A DNA stretch of 64,000 nucleotides, taken from Candidatus Latescibacterota bacterium (lineage in GTDB: Bacteria > Latescibacterota > UBA2968 > GCA-2709665). The notes beneath the pieces were generated by a model, which saw only the letters and a program-made list of their open reading frames with translations, was not told the DNA's origin and did not search any database. Each line of letters starts with the position of its first letter. The first letter of the stretch is position 1. A program made the translations under genes and the position numbers. The stretch spans positions 2,432,001-2,496,000 of the forward strand of contig OZ242180.1 in assembly GCA_965205485.1 (NCBI GenBank), in the 5' to 3' direction. Of this stretch, positions 21,137 through 30,115 are shown in pieces.

Positions 21137-21763
21137 ATGAGCATACGCAGGTCGATCTTCGGCCCGTCAAAGGACGAAATCTGGAGGCAGATTGCGTCAG
21201 ATATTGAGGGTGAATTTGTCGATGGGGGCTTTTGGGGAGAGAATGCCGTTACGTACCGCCACGGTGAGTGGCGGATCATCCTCGATACCCGCACGGAGAC
21301 AACCTATTCGGGAACGATGATGATGACAGTGCAGTACACCCGGATGCGGGCGCCGTTTGTCAACAAGGATGGCCTCTACTTCGATGTTTCACTCGAAGGA
21401 TTCTTGAGTTCGATCGGTAGACTCTTCGGTATGCAGGACATCGTAATCGGCGATCGGTTTTTTGACGACCGGTTCCTGATCAAGGGCAACAACCCGGAAA
21501 AGATCAAGCTGCTGCTGGCCGATGAAAGGATACGGGAGTTGATCCGGAAACAGCCGAAGGTACATCTCCGGATTAAAGTCGACGAAGGCATGTTCGGGAC
21601 TGACTTTCCTGACGGTGTCGATCAGTTGTATTTTGAGTGCGCCGGCGTTATCAAGGAGACCGAAGCATTGAAGGATCTCTTCGAGTTGTTCTGCAGGATT
21701 CTGGAGCGCCTGGTCCAGATCGACTCGGCGTACGAGGACGATCCCAACATCAGGTTGAAGTAG
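21137..21763 (+). CDS. Hypothetical protein (DUF3137-like)
   Basis: GGAGG RBS; IFGPSKDEIW, YTRMRAPF, GMQDI-IG--FD. Confidence 0.6.
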   Translation: MSIRRSIFGPSKDEIWRQIASDIEGEFVDGGFWGENAVTYRHGEWRIILDTRTETTYSGTMMMTVQYTRMRAPFVNKDGLYFDVSLEGFLSSIGRLFGMQDIVIGDRFFDDRFLIKGNNPEKIKLLLADERIRELIRKQPKVHLRIKVDEGMFGTDFPDGVDQLYFECAGVIKETEALKDLFELFCRILERLVQIDSAYEDDPNIRLK

Positions 21764-21845
21764 ACACTACCTCCAGATCTCGAAGTACGGCAACCCGTCG
21801 CTGAAACTCACACATCTTTGCAGCACGAAACCATAAGGAGACACC

Positions 21846-24248
21846 ATGCGCCCCGAGATTCTGACTGACCGTCGCCGGTCGTCCGTGCCGGCGAGGGAAA
21901 CCCCGTTGAGCAGGCGATACAAGCGCATCCTGGAGAACTGGGTGCCGGTAGGCCTCAGCTATTTCGACGACTGGCCGGAGCGGCCCAACTGCGGGCATTT
22001 CTTCGGCGGGGCGCACTGGTACGGCAGCGATACGGTCGGGCCGGCGTTCGTGTTTGCCGTGCTCGCCAATTCCCCCGAATACGATGCGAAACGCACCGGA
22101 TGCTCCAAAAATGAGCTTCGGGAGATCGCGCTGAAGGGGATCCGCTACCTCTGCTACACGCACGATACGGGTCCGGCGGACTGCATCCGCCCCGAAAAGA
22201 GCCTCGGCAATCCGAGGACCTGGGGCACGAAATGGGGGGAGCGCGGCCGGGGATTCTTCCCAGAGAGCCAGTGCGGGACGAATCTTTCCGACGTCGGTCT
22301 TACCGCCCTCCTGCTGGAAGATATGGTGGACGACGAGACGTGGACCATGATCGCCCGCATGCACGAGGACTATGCCGAGCGGTTCGGGGCCATGGACCCG
22401 AAGAGTGGCGTCTACACCAACACGCAGATGGAAGAGAACGGCTGGACGTCGTGCGGTCTGGCGTCGGTCGAGTGTTTCCTGAGCAACTCGCCCCACGTCG
22501 ATTCCTGGGCCGAAACAGCCCGCCGCTGGATGTTCTCCACAGCCACAACCCAGCAGGACACGAAAAACCTCGCGCCGTTTTCGGACGGTCGGACCGTTCG
22601 GGAGCTCACCGGTCAGACGTTCACCGCGCTGCCGGACTATATGGCCGAAAACCACGGCATGGTGCATCCCAGCTACACCGGCAGTTCCGTTGTGTTCACC
22701 GGGCGGCTGGGCATCATCTACGGGACGTTCGGCACGGAGATACCGGACCATGCCCTGTTCAACCGGAGGGAGATTTACGCCGAGCTCAAACGAACGACGG
22801 ACCGGACCGGTTCGATGCATCCCGTGCAGGGCATGGACTGGCCGTATCTTCCGCCCGATCCAGGCACCCTTACCCATGCAACAGGCGCCGTGTTCCTGAA
22901 CGATCCGGAGGCGGCGTACTTCGAGCGCCAGGGGCTCGAGACCCTCGAACAACGCGCCGAAAGCGCCGGAGGGCGAATGCATGATCGGCAGATCGCCGAG
23001 ATCGTCCACGGGCCCCAGGACCCGCTGATCATTCGAGAACACAACATCGACAATCCCGCCCACACCTATTTTTTCCACAGGATCTTCGGCGACGGGCCGG
23101 ATCCCGCACCCTCGTCGCGCGTTGAACGCAACCTCAGGGGCGTCAAGGTCTATCCCCATTCCGGATTCGTCTTCCAGAGACACCGCACAGGTCAGACCGC
23201 GCTTTCATGGCGTAACGATATCATGGCGCTGCCGTTGAACAAGGACGGCATCTATACCGTCGCGCCGGCGTCGGGTTCGTTTCTGGCCAGCATCGATGTT
23301 CAGGACCGGCCCGACAGCCACGACATGGTCTCGGTTCGCGTGGACGAACATCAGGAAGGCTTTGCGGCCGCGATGATCCTGGACCGAGCACAGCGTTCGG
23401 TTCGACAGGAAGTGCTCTTCGCCGGCCTGCCCTCGGGAATCTCCCTCTCCTGCGAACGGCTCACGGCCAACGAGGAAATTACCGTTCAGCGTGTCGACCA
23501 GGGCTTTCTGCGCATCGTCAATGAGGACTTCAAAGCCTTGAAGGGAAATTGCAACGGATATCGTACCGTCCACACGCCGGACGGTTCCGATCGCTTCAGG
23601 AGCTACGTCACCAGGGACCCGGACAGCGACGTCGTCAAGAACTACGATCATCCGGCATGGCTCAACATAGACAGCCGCCTGGGCATCGTCTACACGGGTT
23701 CAGGGAGGACCGTCTACCACAACCGCCACGTTTACCAGGTCTGGCGCGCCGTGGCGGACGACCTCACCCTCAGCCGGGTGGACGAATCGTTCGACGTAAC
23801 CGCCGGCAAGGCTATATCCGGACTCACGGCGCTCGTCGCCCCGGATTACAGCCATCGAAAAACATCGGGTATAGACTTTGTGATCATGGAATCGGGACGG
23901 TCCGCCATCGGCCTCCTCGCGGACAATCACCTTGCCCTGGCGAATTTTGGCGAAAAAGCCGGCATATTGACTTTCAGGGCGAGACGTTCAGACCTCAGCG
24001 AGATTCCCGTTTTCGAGGGCGTTACTCGACTCGACGAGGACAGTATCGCTTTCGAGCGAAACCTCGGGGCGGGCGAAGCCCGGCTGCAGGAGCCGATCTT
24101 GAATGTCGAGTCGGACGGCGCGCTGGTGATCAACGCCGCGGATTCCGGGGCAGTGTGGGCGAGGAATACGGGCGCCGCGCCGGCCCGGGTCACGCACGAA
24201 GGCACGGAAACGCGGATCCGGCCGGGGGAAATCGCCGTCCTGGAGTAG
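21846..24248 (+). CDS. Large hypothetical protein, possibly polysaccharide-lyase-like
   Basis: AAGGAG RBS; helical N-terminal half with NTQMEEN and ENHGMVHPSY, beta-rich C-terminal half; no signal peptide. Confidence 0.5.
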   Translation: MRPEILTDRRRSSVPARETPLSRRYKRILENWVPVGLSYFDDWPERPNCGHFFGGAHWYGSDTVGPAFVFAVLANSPEYDAKRTGCSKNELREIALKGIRYLCYTHDTGPADCIRPEKSLGNPRTWGTKWGERGRGFFPESQCGTNLSDVGLTALLLEDMVDDETWTMIARMHEDYAERFGAMDPKSGVYTNTQMEENGWTSCGLASVECFLSNSPHVDSWAETARRWMFSTATTQQDTKNLAPFSDGRTVRELTGQTFTALPDYMAENHGMVHPSYTGSSVVFTGRLGIIYGTFGTEIPDHALFNRREIYAELKRTTDRTGSMHPVQGMDWPYLPPDPGTLTHATGAVFLNDPEAAYFERQGLETLEQRAESAGGRMHDRQIAEIVHGPQDPLIIREHNIDNPAHTYFFHRIFGDGPDPAPSSRVERNLRGVKVYPHSGFVFQRHRTGQTALSWRNDIMALPLNKDGIYTVAPASGSFLASIDVQDRPDSHDMVSVRVDEHQEGFAAAMILDRAQRSVRQEVLFAGLPSGISLSCERLTANEEITVQRVDQGFLRIVNEDFKALKGNCNGYRTVHTPDGSDRFRSYVTRDPDSDVVKNYDHPAWLNIDSRLGIVYTGSGRTVYHNRHVYQVWRAVADDLTLSRVDESFDVTAGKAISGLTALVAPDYSHRKTSGIDFVIMESGRSAIGLLADNHLALANFGEKAGILTFRARRSDLSEIPVFEGVTRLDEDSIAFERNLGAGEARLQEPILNVESDGALVINAADSGAVWARNTGAAPARVTHEGTETRIRPGEIAVLE

Positions 24249-24286
24249 AGCGGCGCGGCATTAACGTCAAATTACACCGCAATAGG

Positions 24287-24321
24287 AAAAGAGGGCCGAG
24301 GCTTATGCTTTCGCCCTCTTT
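24287..24321. terminator. Bidirectional intrinsic terminator between convergent genes
   Basis: AAAAGAGGGCCGAGGC-TTAT-GCTTTCGCCCTCTTT hairpin. Confidence 0.6.
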
Positions 24322-24356
24322 AGTATGCGTGGTCCTGGCACGTGGACCGAGCCGCT

Positions 24357-24398
24357 CCCTGAGCTTGCGGTCCCTGAGCCTGTCGAAGGGTCGAAGGG
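24357..24398 (+). repeat. Nested REP-like elements (CCCTGAGCYTGTCGAAGGG)
   Basis: CCCTGAGCTTG[CGGTCCCTGAGCCTGTCGAAGGG]TCGAAGGG. Confidence 0.6.
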
Positions 24399-24427
24399 GT
24401 CGGCGAGAGGCGTACAAGAATGTCAAA

Positions 24428-26467
24428 TTACCACCTCACCCTGAAACGTGTTTCGGCCAACGCCTTCCGACCGGCGTGCAGGTCCTCCACCACAACTCGA
24501 AACGCCCTCGGCCCCGCGGATGCGCCGTCCATATCAACGCGCAGGTCGCGCGGTTCCCAATCCCGACCGCCCCGGTACGTGTATGACACGGCAGTCGTCC
24601 AGTCGGCCGGAGAGCCGTCACCTCCACGCTCCTGCAGTGAATGCATCTGATAGCTGACGCGGTAGTGCGTGGCGCCAAATTCGTCACGCGATAGATTGTA
24701 GATTTCAAAATAGAACCAAGCCTGCGCGTCCGTGCGGCACACCTGCAGCGGATTCGGGAGTACCGCGAATTGCTCCCGTCCGTACGGCACGTCCTCACGC
24801 TTTCGAATGCGCCGCGCCATCAACAGGTCGCTGATCTCCAGCGTGTCCGGCCCGAAAGACCTTACTCGCAGCTGCTCCCGTACCGTGCCTATCCGCTTCG
24901 TCGTCCGGTCTTCGACTTCACCGGCAAGAAAATACATACCCGGGTCAAGGACCATGCGTTCCCCGGCCAGCAGAAAGGCCTCTTCCGTGGATTCGTAGGC
25001 GACCCTCGGCAACCGATCTACGCTTTGGACTTTGTGCCGGACGGTGTCCCACTTGGAATCGAAGACGAAGAGCGCCTGTCTGACGTCGACTGCGGCGGTT
25101 CCGCGGTCGACGGATCGCGTACGTCGCACATTTTCTTCCGGAAGCGCGTAATACACCTCGATGCGCGTATTGCCGTCGTCATGCCGGAACTGCGCAGTCT
25201 GGCAAGGGGCATCATACTGTAGCGGATGCTGATATAAATCCGGTACCGCGTCCACCAGTTGTTCGAGAACCAGGCGTTTGTTTCCCCGGGTGGCCCATCT
25301 GAATCGCCAGGAGTCCCAGGTTAGTGTATTGAGGAATACGACCGTAAACGGACCATAATCCCATATTTCCTTTCTTCCTCTGGCAGGGTCTTTCATGAAC
25401 CGGACGCGCGGGTCTCCGTATCGGATGTAAATCTGCCCTCTGTCGGTCTGCCAACCTTCCCGCCCGAGTGTGGGATCGGAGAACCGCAGGTTCGCGTACG
25501 CCACGCGCCGGCACTGTTCCAGCAGGCGTTCGTTAACCGATGTCAAATAGATCGGGTCCTTTCCCAGCCAGAACATGCGGATTTCCTCGTCGCTGGGCGG
25601 GGGGGCACCCCTTTTTGTTTCCGCATCGTCCCTGATCAGGAAAATCGACTGCATGAACCTGCGCGACGATTCGGTCATCCGGTTCAGGCCGTCCAGATAA
25701 GCACGATAGGCCCTTTCCAGGTCGCCCTTCATCTGATGGCCGAGGCCCGCGAAGAAGTGGGCATTCCAATTCTCGGGACATCGCTGTCGATAGGCCTCGA
25801 AGAGCTCGATCAGGGGTCCGGGCTTATCGGCCGCGTAATAGGACAGCCCCAGGTACTGGTGAGAAGGCCAGTGGACCGGGTCCACGCTGATGGCTCGTGA
25901 AAGATACCCGATTCCAGTGTCGATACCGAGGTCCGGATATTCGACGTGTGTCCGCGTTTTCCTGGCTCTGAGGGAATATCTGCCCAGCGTTGCTTTGGTA
26001 TCGTCATCGGGCATTTCCGTAAAATAGGTATACTCCCATGCCCAGACCGCGAATCGCCCCGCCCAGAAGAGGCCGTCGACATGGTTCGGATCCAGTTCCA
26101 GCACCTGGAGCGCTTTTCTGTAGGAGTCCGGACGCTGCAACGTCCGCCATAACAGCTCGGCATGGGTTGCCCGATAGTCCGGGTTTTCCCGCTCCCGAAT
26201 CACGGCGCGCAGCAACCAGTGGCCGGCCGTCTGGCGAGAAACCGGCGTACCCTGCGCCATGTAAAAACGCGCCAGGACGTGCATTGTACGGCCGGACCGG
26301 TCGTGCCTGAGCGCACGCTTCATCAGGGCTTCGCGACGGTCAAGGTCTAGCAGCGTATCCGCCGCGGCGGCCAACAACGAGTCCACCCTGGCGGGATCGG
26401 ACCGTCCGGCATCGACGCCGGCGGTTCCTAACGCGAACAGGCAAATCATTGTCGCCAGCCGAACCAT
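24428..26467 (-). CDS. GWxTD-domain secreted protein with N-terminal TPRs
   Basis: Signal peptide, TPR-like helices, FWLGKDP...RVAYANLRFS...GWQTDRGQIYIRYGDP, C-terminal Ig-like domains. Confidence 0.9.
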   Translation of the reverse strand: MVRLATMICLFALGTAGVDAGRSDPARVDSLLAAAADTLLDLDRREALMKRALRHDRSGRTMHVLARFYMAQGTPVSRQTAGHWLLRAVIRERENPDYRATHAELLWRTLQRPDSYRKALQVLELDPNHVDGLFWAGRFAVWAWEYTYFTEMPDDDTKATLGRYSLRARKTRTHVEYPDLGIDTGIGYLSRAISVDPVHWPSHQYLGLSYYAADKPGPLIELFEAYRQRCPENWNAHFFAGLGHQMKGDLERAYRAYLDGLNRMTESSRRFMQSIFLIRDDAETKRGAPPPSDEEIRMFWLGKDPIYLTSVNERLLEQCRRVAYANLRFSDPTLGREGWQTDRGQIYIRYGDPRVRFMKDPARGRKEIWDYGPFTVVFLNTLTWDSWRFRWATRGNKRLVLEQLVDAVPDLYQHPLQYDAPCQTAQFRHDDGNTRIEVYYALPEENVRRTRSVDRGTAAVDVRQALFVFDSKWDTVRHKVQSVDRLPRVAYESTEEAFLLAGERMVLDPGMYFLAGEVEDRTTKRIGTVREQLRVRSFGPDTLEISDLLMARRIRKREDVPYGREQFAVLPNPLQVCRTDAQAWFYFEIYNLSRDEFGATHYRVSYQMHSLQERGGDGSPADWTTAVSYTYRGGRDWEPRDLRVDMDGASAGPRAFRVVVEDLHAGRKALAETRFRVRW

Positions 26468-26543
26468 TCAAAGTTCTCCCTGCTCCCCGTCGGGAGCACT
26501 TCCAGGCTGGTTGCATTTTGCGATGACGGGACGAAAACCGTGA

Positions 26544-26571
26544 TAGACGAAGGATGATGTAGCAGGTCGCA
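26544..26571 (-). promoter_or_regulatory. Candidate ECF-sigma promoter of the GWxTD gene
   Basis: TGCGAC-N16-CGTCTA on the minus strand; same geometry as TGAAAC-N16-CGTCTA at 60932. Confidence 0.45.
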
Positions 26572-26695
26572 ACGCCCGTAGACCACCCTTTCTCTTTCGT
26601 AAGACACATTCCAAAGGGTTCGGGTTCAACTAATCTGACCGCGCTCTGGCGCCCTCTCAAAGAATAACGAGCCGTGAGGACTGGCCACAACGGCT

Positions 26696-26728
26696 AAACA
26701 AACAAGGGTCCTGAGCGGACCCTTGTTT
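26696..26728 (-). terminator. Intrinsic terminator
   Basis: Minus strand: AAACAAGGGTCC-GCTCA-GGACCCTTGTTT-GTTT. Confidence 0.75.
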
Positions 26729-26887
26729 GGGAATGGCGAGTTATGTATTCGCTTACTGCGACAGGAACCGATTCGGTACCGGTGTAGCAGGCGTTCCGGT
26801 TACGGGTGAACGGCAAAAGGAGAGACGTGAGATGATCCCGTTTTCCATCCAACTCGGTGCGTCACTATTGCATCTGTTTCACGCAGG

Positions 26888-27406
26888 TCAAAACTGGATC
26901 TGCCTTCCTGCAAGATTGCTCAACAACAATTGAAATTCATCCATGCGTTGGTTGCCTCGGAAAATAAGCAAATTCACGCCTTCGATCCCCTCCGTCGTGG
27001 GGAAGTCGATCTGGTCGAGAAAGGCGAGAAACGCCTCGTGGAAGGTGGCCAGACCCTGCTCGTACCAATCGTGAATCCGGCGTAATTCGCTGTCGTCCGG
27101 CCGTATGGCACGCACCTGAACCTGGAGCGTCTCCAGGCGGGCGATCAGATTGGACATGAACTGTCGTGTCCAGTACCGCGAAACCACGCCGCCCGACCAA
27201 CCCTGGGTGATGGACCCGAATTCGGCATTCATCACGTTCACCGTCTGGTAGGTACGAAAAGCGTCTACGAGATACGCGTTAAAATCCGCGGCGTTAACCG
27301 ACACCATCGCACCCGTGGGGTATGGTGTCGGTTCGACCACCCCTACGGGATCCGAAGAACCACATCCCATACAGAAGACCAGGAGTATGCCCAGATGACG
27401 CTTCAT
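26888..27406 (-). CDS. Hypothetical lipoprotein
   Basis: MKRHLGILLVFCMG-C lipobox-like signal, GAGGA RBS, helical body. Confidence 0.65.
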   Translation of the reverse strand: MKRHLGILLVFCMGCGSSDPVGVVEPTPYPTGAMVSVNAADFNAYLVDAFRTYQTVNVMNAEFGSITQGWSGGVVSRYWTRQFMSNLIARLETLQVQVRAIRPDDSELRRIHDWYEQGLATFHEAFLAFLDQIDFPTTEGIEGVNLLIFRGNQRMDEFQLLLSNLAGRQIQF

Positions 27407-27448
27407 TTCTGCTATCCTCACAGCCAGCCGAATGCAACGCCGCAGTAG

Positions 27449-28390
27449 TCAATTCTGCGAAATGACGGACGGACTGCGACCGCCGTTAAGCGGCTTCTCG
27501 TACACTGCGCGCCGCAAAACCACCTCAAACCCAAGGCGGCGGTAGAGTCGAACGGCCGATTCCAGCGTTTCGCTGGTATTCAGGGTGGCTTCCCTGTACC
27601 CCAACGCTTTCAACTTGTGCAACGCACGCACGTTCAACAACCAACCCAGACCCTTCTTCCGGTGCTCAGGCACAACCGCAACCCAGTGAATCAGGCCGAC
27701 TTCCCTGCCCCGATACGTTGCCGTCCAGGCTGTTGTCGTGCCCACCGGCTCTTCGCCAAAAACCGCAAACAGAACTCGCTTCGGATCAAAGTGCGGCGAG
27801 TGCAGATATTCCTTTTCGAAGTCCGTGGCCGTCCAGGCCCGTCCGCCTGCGTTCTCGCTCATGAACGCCGCATTCTTGATACGGACGAATGCCGTGCCAT
27901 CGCCGGTTTCGTAGGTCCTGATCCGGTAACCCGCCGGCACATCAGCGTCGGGAAGGTCCTTGAGTTCCCGCCACATTCTCAGGCTCGCGCCGAACACGGG
28001 TTTCCATCCTGCTTGTTTCAGGAGTCCGGTTGCGGCCGCATTGACGCTGTCGACAGCCGAGCCGGTCCGCAATGCCTGAAAGCCGTTTTCGCGGGCAACC
28101 CCTTCCGCTTCCAACAGCAGGCGTCGACCCAACCCCGCACGCCGGCGGTCGGGATGAACCCCTATGAAACTCAGCTTCGCGACCCGCTCTCCGTCCGAAA
28201 ACGACATTGCGCAGACACCCGCGAGCGTCGGTCCGTCGAACGCCAGCACAGTCCCGTCGTTTCTCAGATTTTCGAGGACCTCCCTGGTCGGCGGCGTTAC
28301 ATCTCCTCCCCCCTCGCCGCATCGCGCCACCAGGTCCGCGAGATCCTGAATTGAAACGGACCCGTCCATCAACAGAAACGATGCGTTCAC
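27449..28390 (-). CDS. Tandem-domain GNAT acetyltransferase
   Basis: Two acetyl-CoA-binding motifs: VHPDRRRAGLG and VVPEHRKKGLG; AVRLYRRLGF. Confidence 0.88.
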   Translation of the reverse strand: MNASFLLMDGSVSIQDLADLVARCGEGGGDVTPPTREVLENLRNDGTVLAFDGPTLAGVCAMSFSDGERVAKLSFIGVHPDRRRAGLGRRLLLEAEGVARENGFQALRTGSAVDSVNAAATGLLKQAGWKPVFGASLRMWRELKDLPDADVPAGYRIRTYETGDGTAFVRIKNAAFMSENAGGRAWTATDFEKEYLHSPHFDPKRVLFAVFGEEPVGTTTAWTATYRGREVGLIHWVAVVPEHRKKGLGWLLNVRALHKLKALGYREATLNTSETLESAVRLYRRLGFEVVLRRAVYEKPLNGGRSPSVISQN

Positions 28391-29175
28391 GAGAGTTTTC
28401 CTTCCACATGATCCAGAAAAGCGGGATTTCCCGACGTCACGCCCCCGTCGGCCACCACAACCGAACCGGTTACGAACGACGCTTCGTCAGAGGCCAGAAA
28501 GAGCGCGACGTTCGCGATTTCTTCAGGTCTGCCCACGCGCTTGAGCGGATAAACCTCGGCGATACGTTCGAATATCTCCGGGTCCTTCTCAAGGACGTGC
28601 TGCCACCCCTCCGTGATGACGGTGCCGGGGCAGATTGCATTTACGCGCACGCCCCTGGGTCCGTGATCCACCGCTGTGGTTTTGGTGAGCGAGATGACGC
28701 CTGCCTTCGCCGCGCTGTACGCGCTCTCCCCAAACGACATGATTGCGTTGACGGACGATATATTCACAATGGATCCGCCGCCACGATCGATCAACCTCGG
28801 AAGCGCCGCACGGCTGCATAGGTACGTGCTCTTCAGGCAACCTTCGATATTCCGGTCCCATAAATCCGGATCGATATCCAGGACTTTGGTACCGTGGCAA
28901 TAATAGGCGTTGTTGACCAGTATATCAAGACCACCATATGACTTCAGGGCCACATCCAGCGCACGATTGACGTCCGCTTCATCAGTCGCGTTACCCACCA
29001 CGAGCGCGGCTTCGCCACCCGACTGTTCGATCGCCCCGATCACGGCCTCTCCACGGTCCCGATCGAGTTCCAATATTACAATCTTCGCGCCTTCTGATGC
29101 GAACCGCGCCGCCACGGCCTTGCCGATGCCCGCGCCGCCGCCCGTGATCCAGGCGACTTTTCCCTCTAACCGCAT
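28387..29175 (-). CDS. SDR-family oxidoreductase
   Basis: TGGGAGIG, LVNNA, NISS, YSAAK, VNAICPG, DGG. Confidence 0.93.
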   Translation of the reverse strand: MRLEGKVAWITGGGAGIGKAVAARFASEGAKIVILELDRDRGEAVIGAIEQSGGEAALVVGNATDEADVNRALDVALKSYGGLDILVNNAYYCHGTKVLDIDPDLWDRNIEGCLKSTYLCSRAALPRLIDRGGGSIVNISSVNAIMSFGESAYSAAKAGVISLTKTTAVDHGPRGVRVNAICPGTVITEGWQHVLEKDPEIFERIAEVYPLKRVGRPEEIANVALFLASDEASFVTGSVVVADGGVTSGNPAFLDHVEGKLS

Positions 29176-29261
29176 CGAATTCTCCTTTGCGTCATCCGGT
29201 CGACAATGCCATTGAGCCATCAGCTACGTCGCCAAATAATAACATCTTACAGACTTGTACC

Positions 29262-29290
29262 AATATACGGGAGTCGACAGTTCCTGTCAA
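29262..29290 (-). promoter_or_regulatory. sigma70 promoter of the SDR-GNAT operon
   Basis: TTGACA-N17-TATATT. Confidence 0.7.
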
Positions 29291-29340
29291 CGTGGAACGC
29301 GGGAAACAGACACGTGGTATTGGCGCCGACGGCGACGGGA

Positions 29341-29718
29341 TCACGCGCGTCGAATCCTGGGCGCGATTTCCAAAGAGCAGGTCTTGCGTCTTCCCGCGCG
29401 AACGTCGAGGACCTCGGCCAGTGCCGTTGACGCTTCGCGAACGAGGCACTCGGTATCGACTCCCCGGTGGCCGGGACTGTACGGCTTCAGTTTTCGGATG
29501 CCCCGGGTCAACAGGTGTTCGGCGCCCGCATAATTCTCGCACGTCAGGTGATAGAATCCGACCGCCACCTGAATCATGCCCTGAAAAAAGGGTCTTTCGG
29601 ATCCCCGCACATCCATCCAGACGTCCTCCCACGTGTCGTGAGACGCATAGAAGTCGCCGGCATTGAATTCGCGAATGCCCCGTTCGAACCTCTCGGTTAT
29701 ATCGGATATTGGATCCAC
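29341..29718 (-). CDS. DUF309 family protein
   Basis: FNAGDFYASHDTWEDVW, QGMIQVAVGFYH. Confidence 0.88.
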   Translation of the reverse strand: MDPISDITERFERGIREFNAGDFYASHDTWEDVWMDVRGSERPFFQGMIQVAVGFYHLTCENYAGAEHLLTRGIRKLKPYSPGHRGVDTECLVREASTALAEVLDVRAGRRKTCSLEIAPRIRRA

Positions 29719-29798
29719 AATATCTCGCTTGTGTTCAGACGAAAATTCGAATCCTGGTTCGATGCCGGCAAGCGCTGTGTCCCGCTGGTCCCATCACA

Positions 29799-29827
29799 GT
29801 AGGGGCAGGTTTGAAACCTGCCCCTAC
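29799..29827. repeat. GTAG-type REP palindrome
   Basis: GTAGGGGCAGGTTT-G-AAACCTGCCCCTAC perfect inverted repeat. Confidence 0.75.
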
Positions 29828-29997
29828 GTTCCCATTACCACCGATGCCGTACGACAATGGGTTACTGCATGTCGCGTTTCGCCCGCTACATCGTGAAGAT
29901 CCTTACACGCGCCGGGCTGCACGACCATAGGTATCGGCTCCTTAAAGTCGTCGCAAGCCTTTATTTAATGCGCATTACAACAGCTTGACGATGTTAA

Positions 29998-30023
29998 GGG
30001 CAGACAGGAATGTCTGCCCCACC
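29998..30023. repeat. REP-like palindrome
   Basis: GGGCAGACA-GGAA-TGTCTGCCC-CACC. Confidence 0.6.
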
Positions 30024-30115
30024 TTCTCGCGGGATTTCTTAGCGGCTCTATCGTTAAGGTGAAAAAAATGGCGGGCTCCGAACCATATAGAGCCCGCTTG
30101 CGACGAGTTTCAAAG

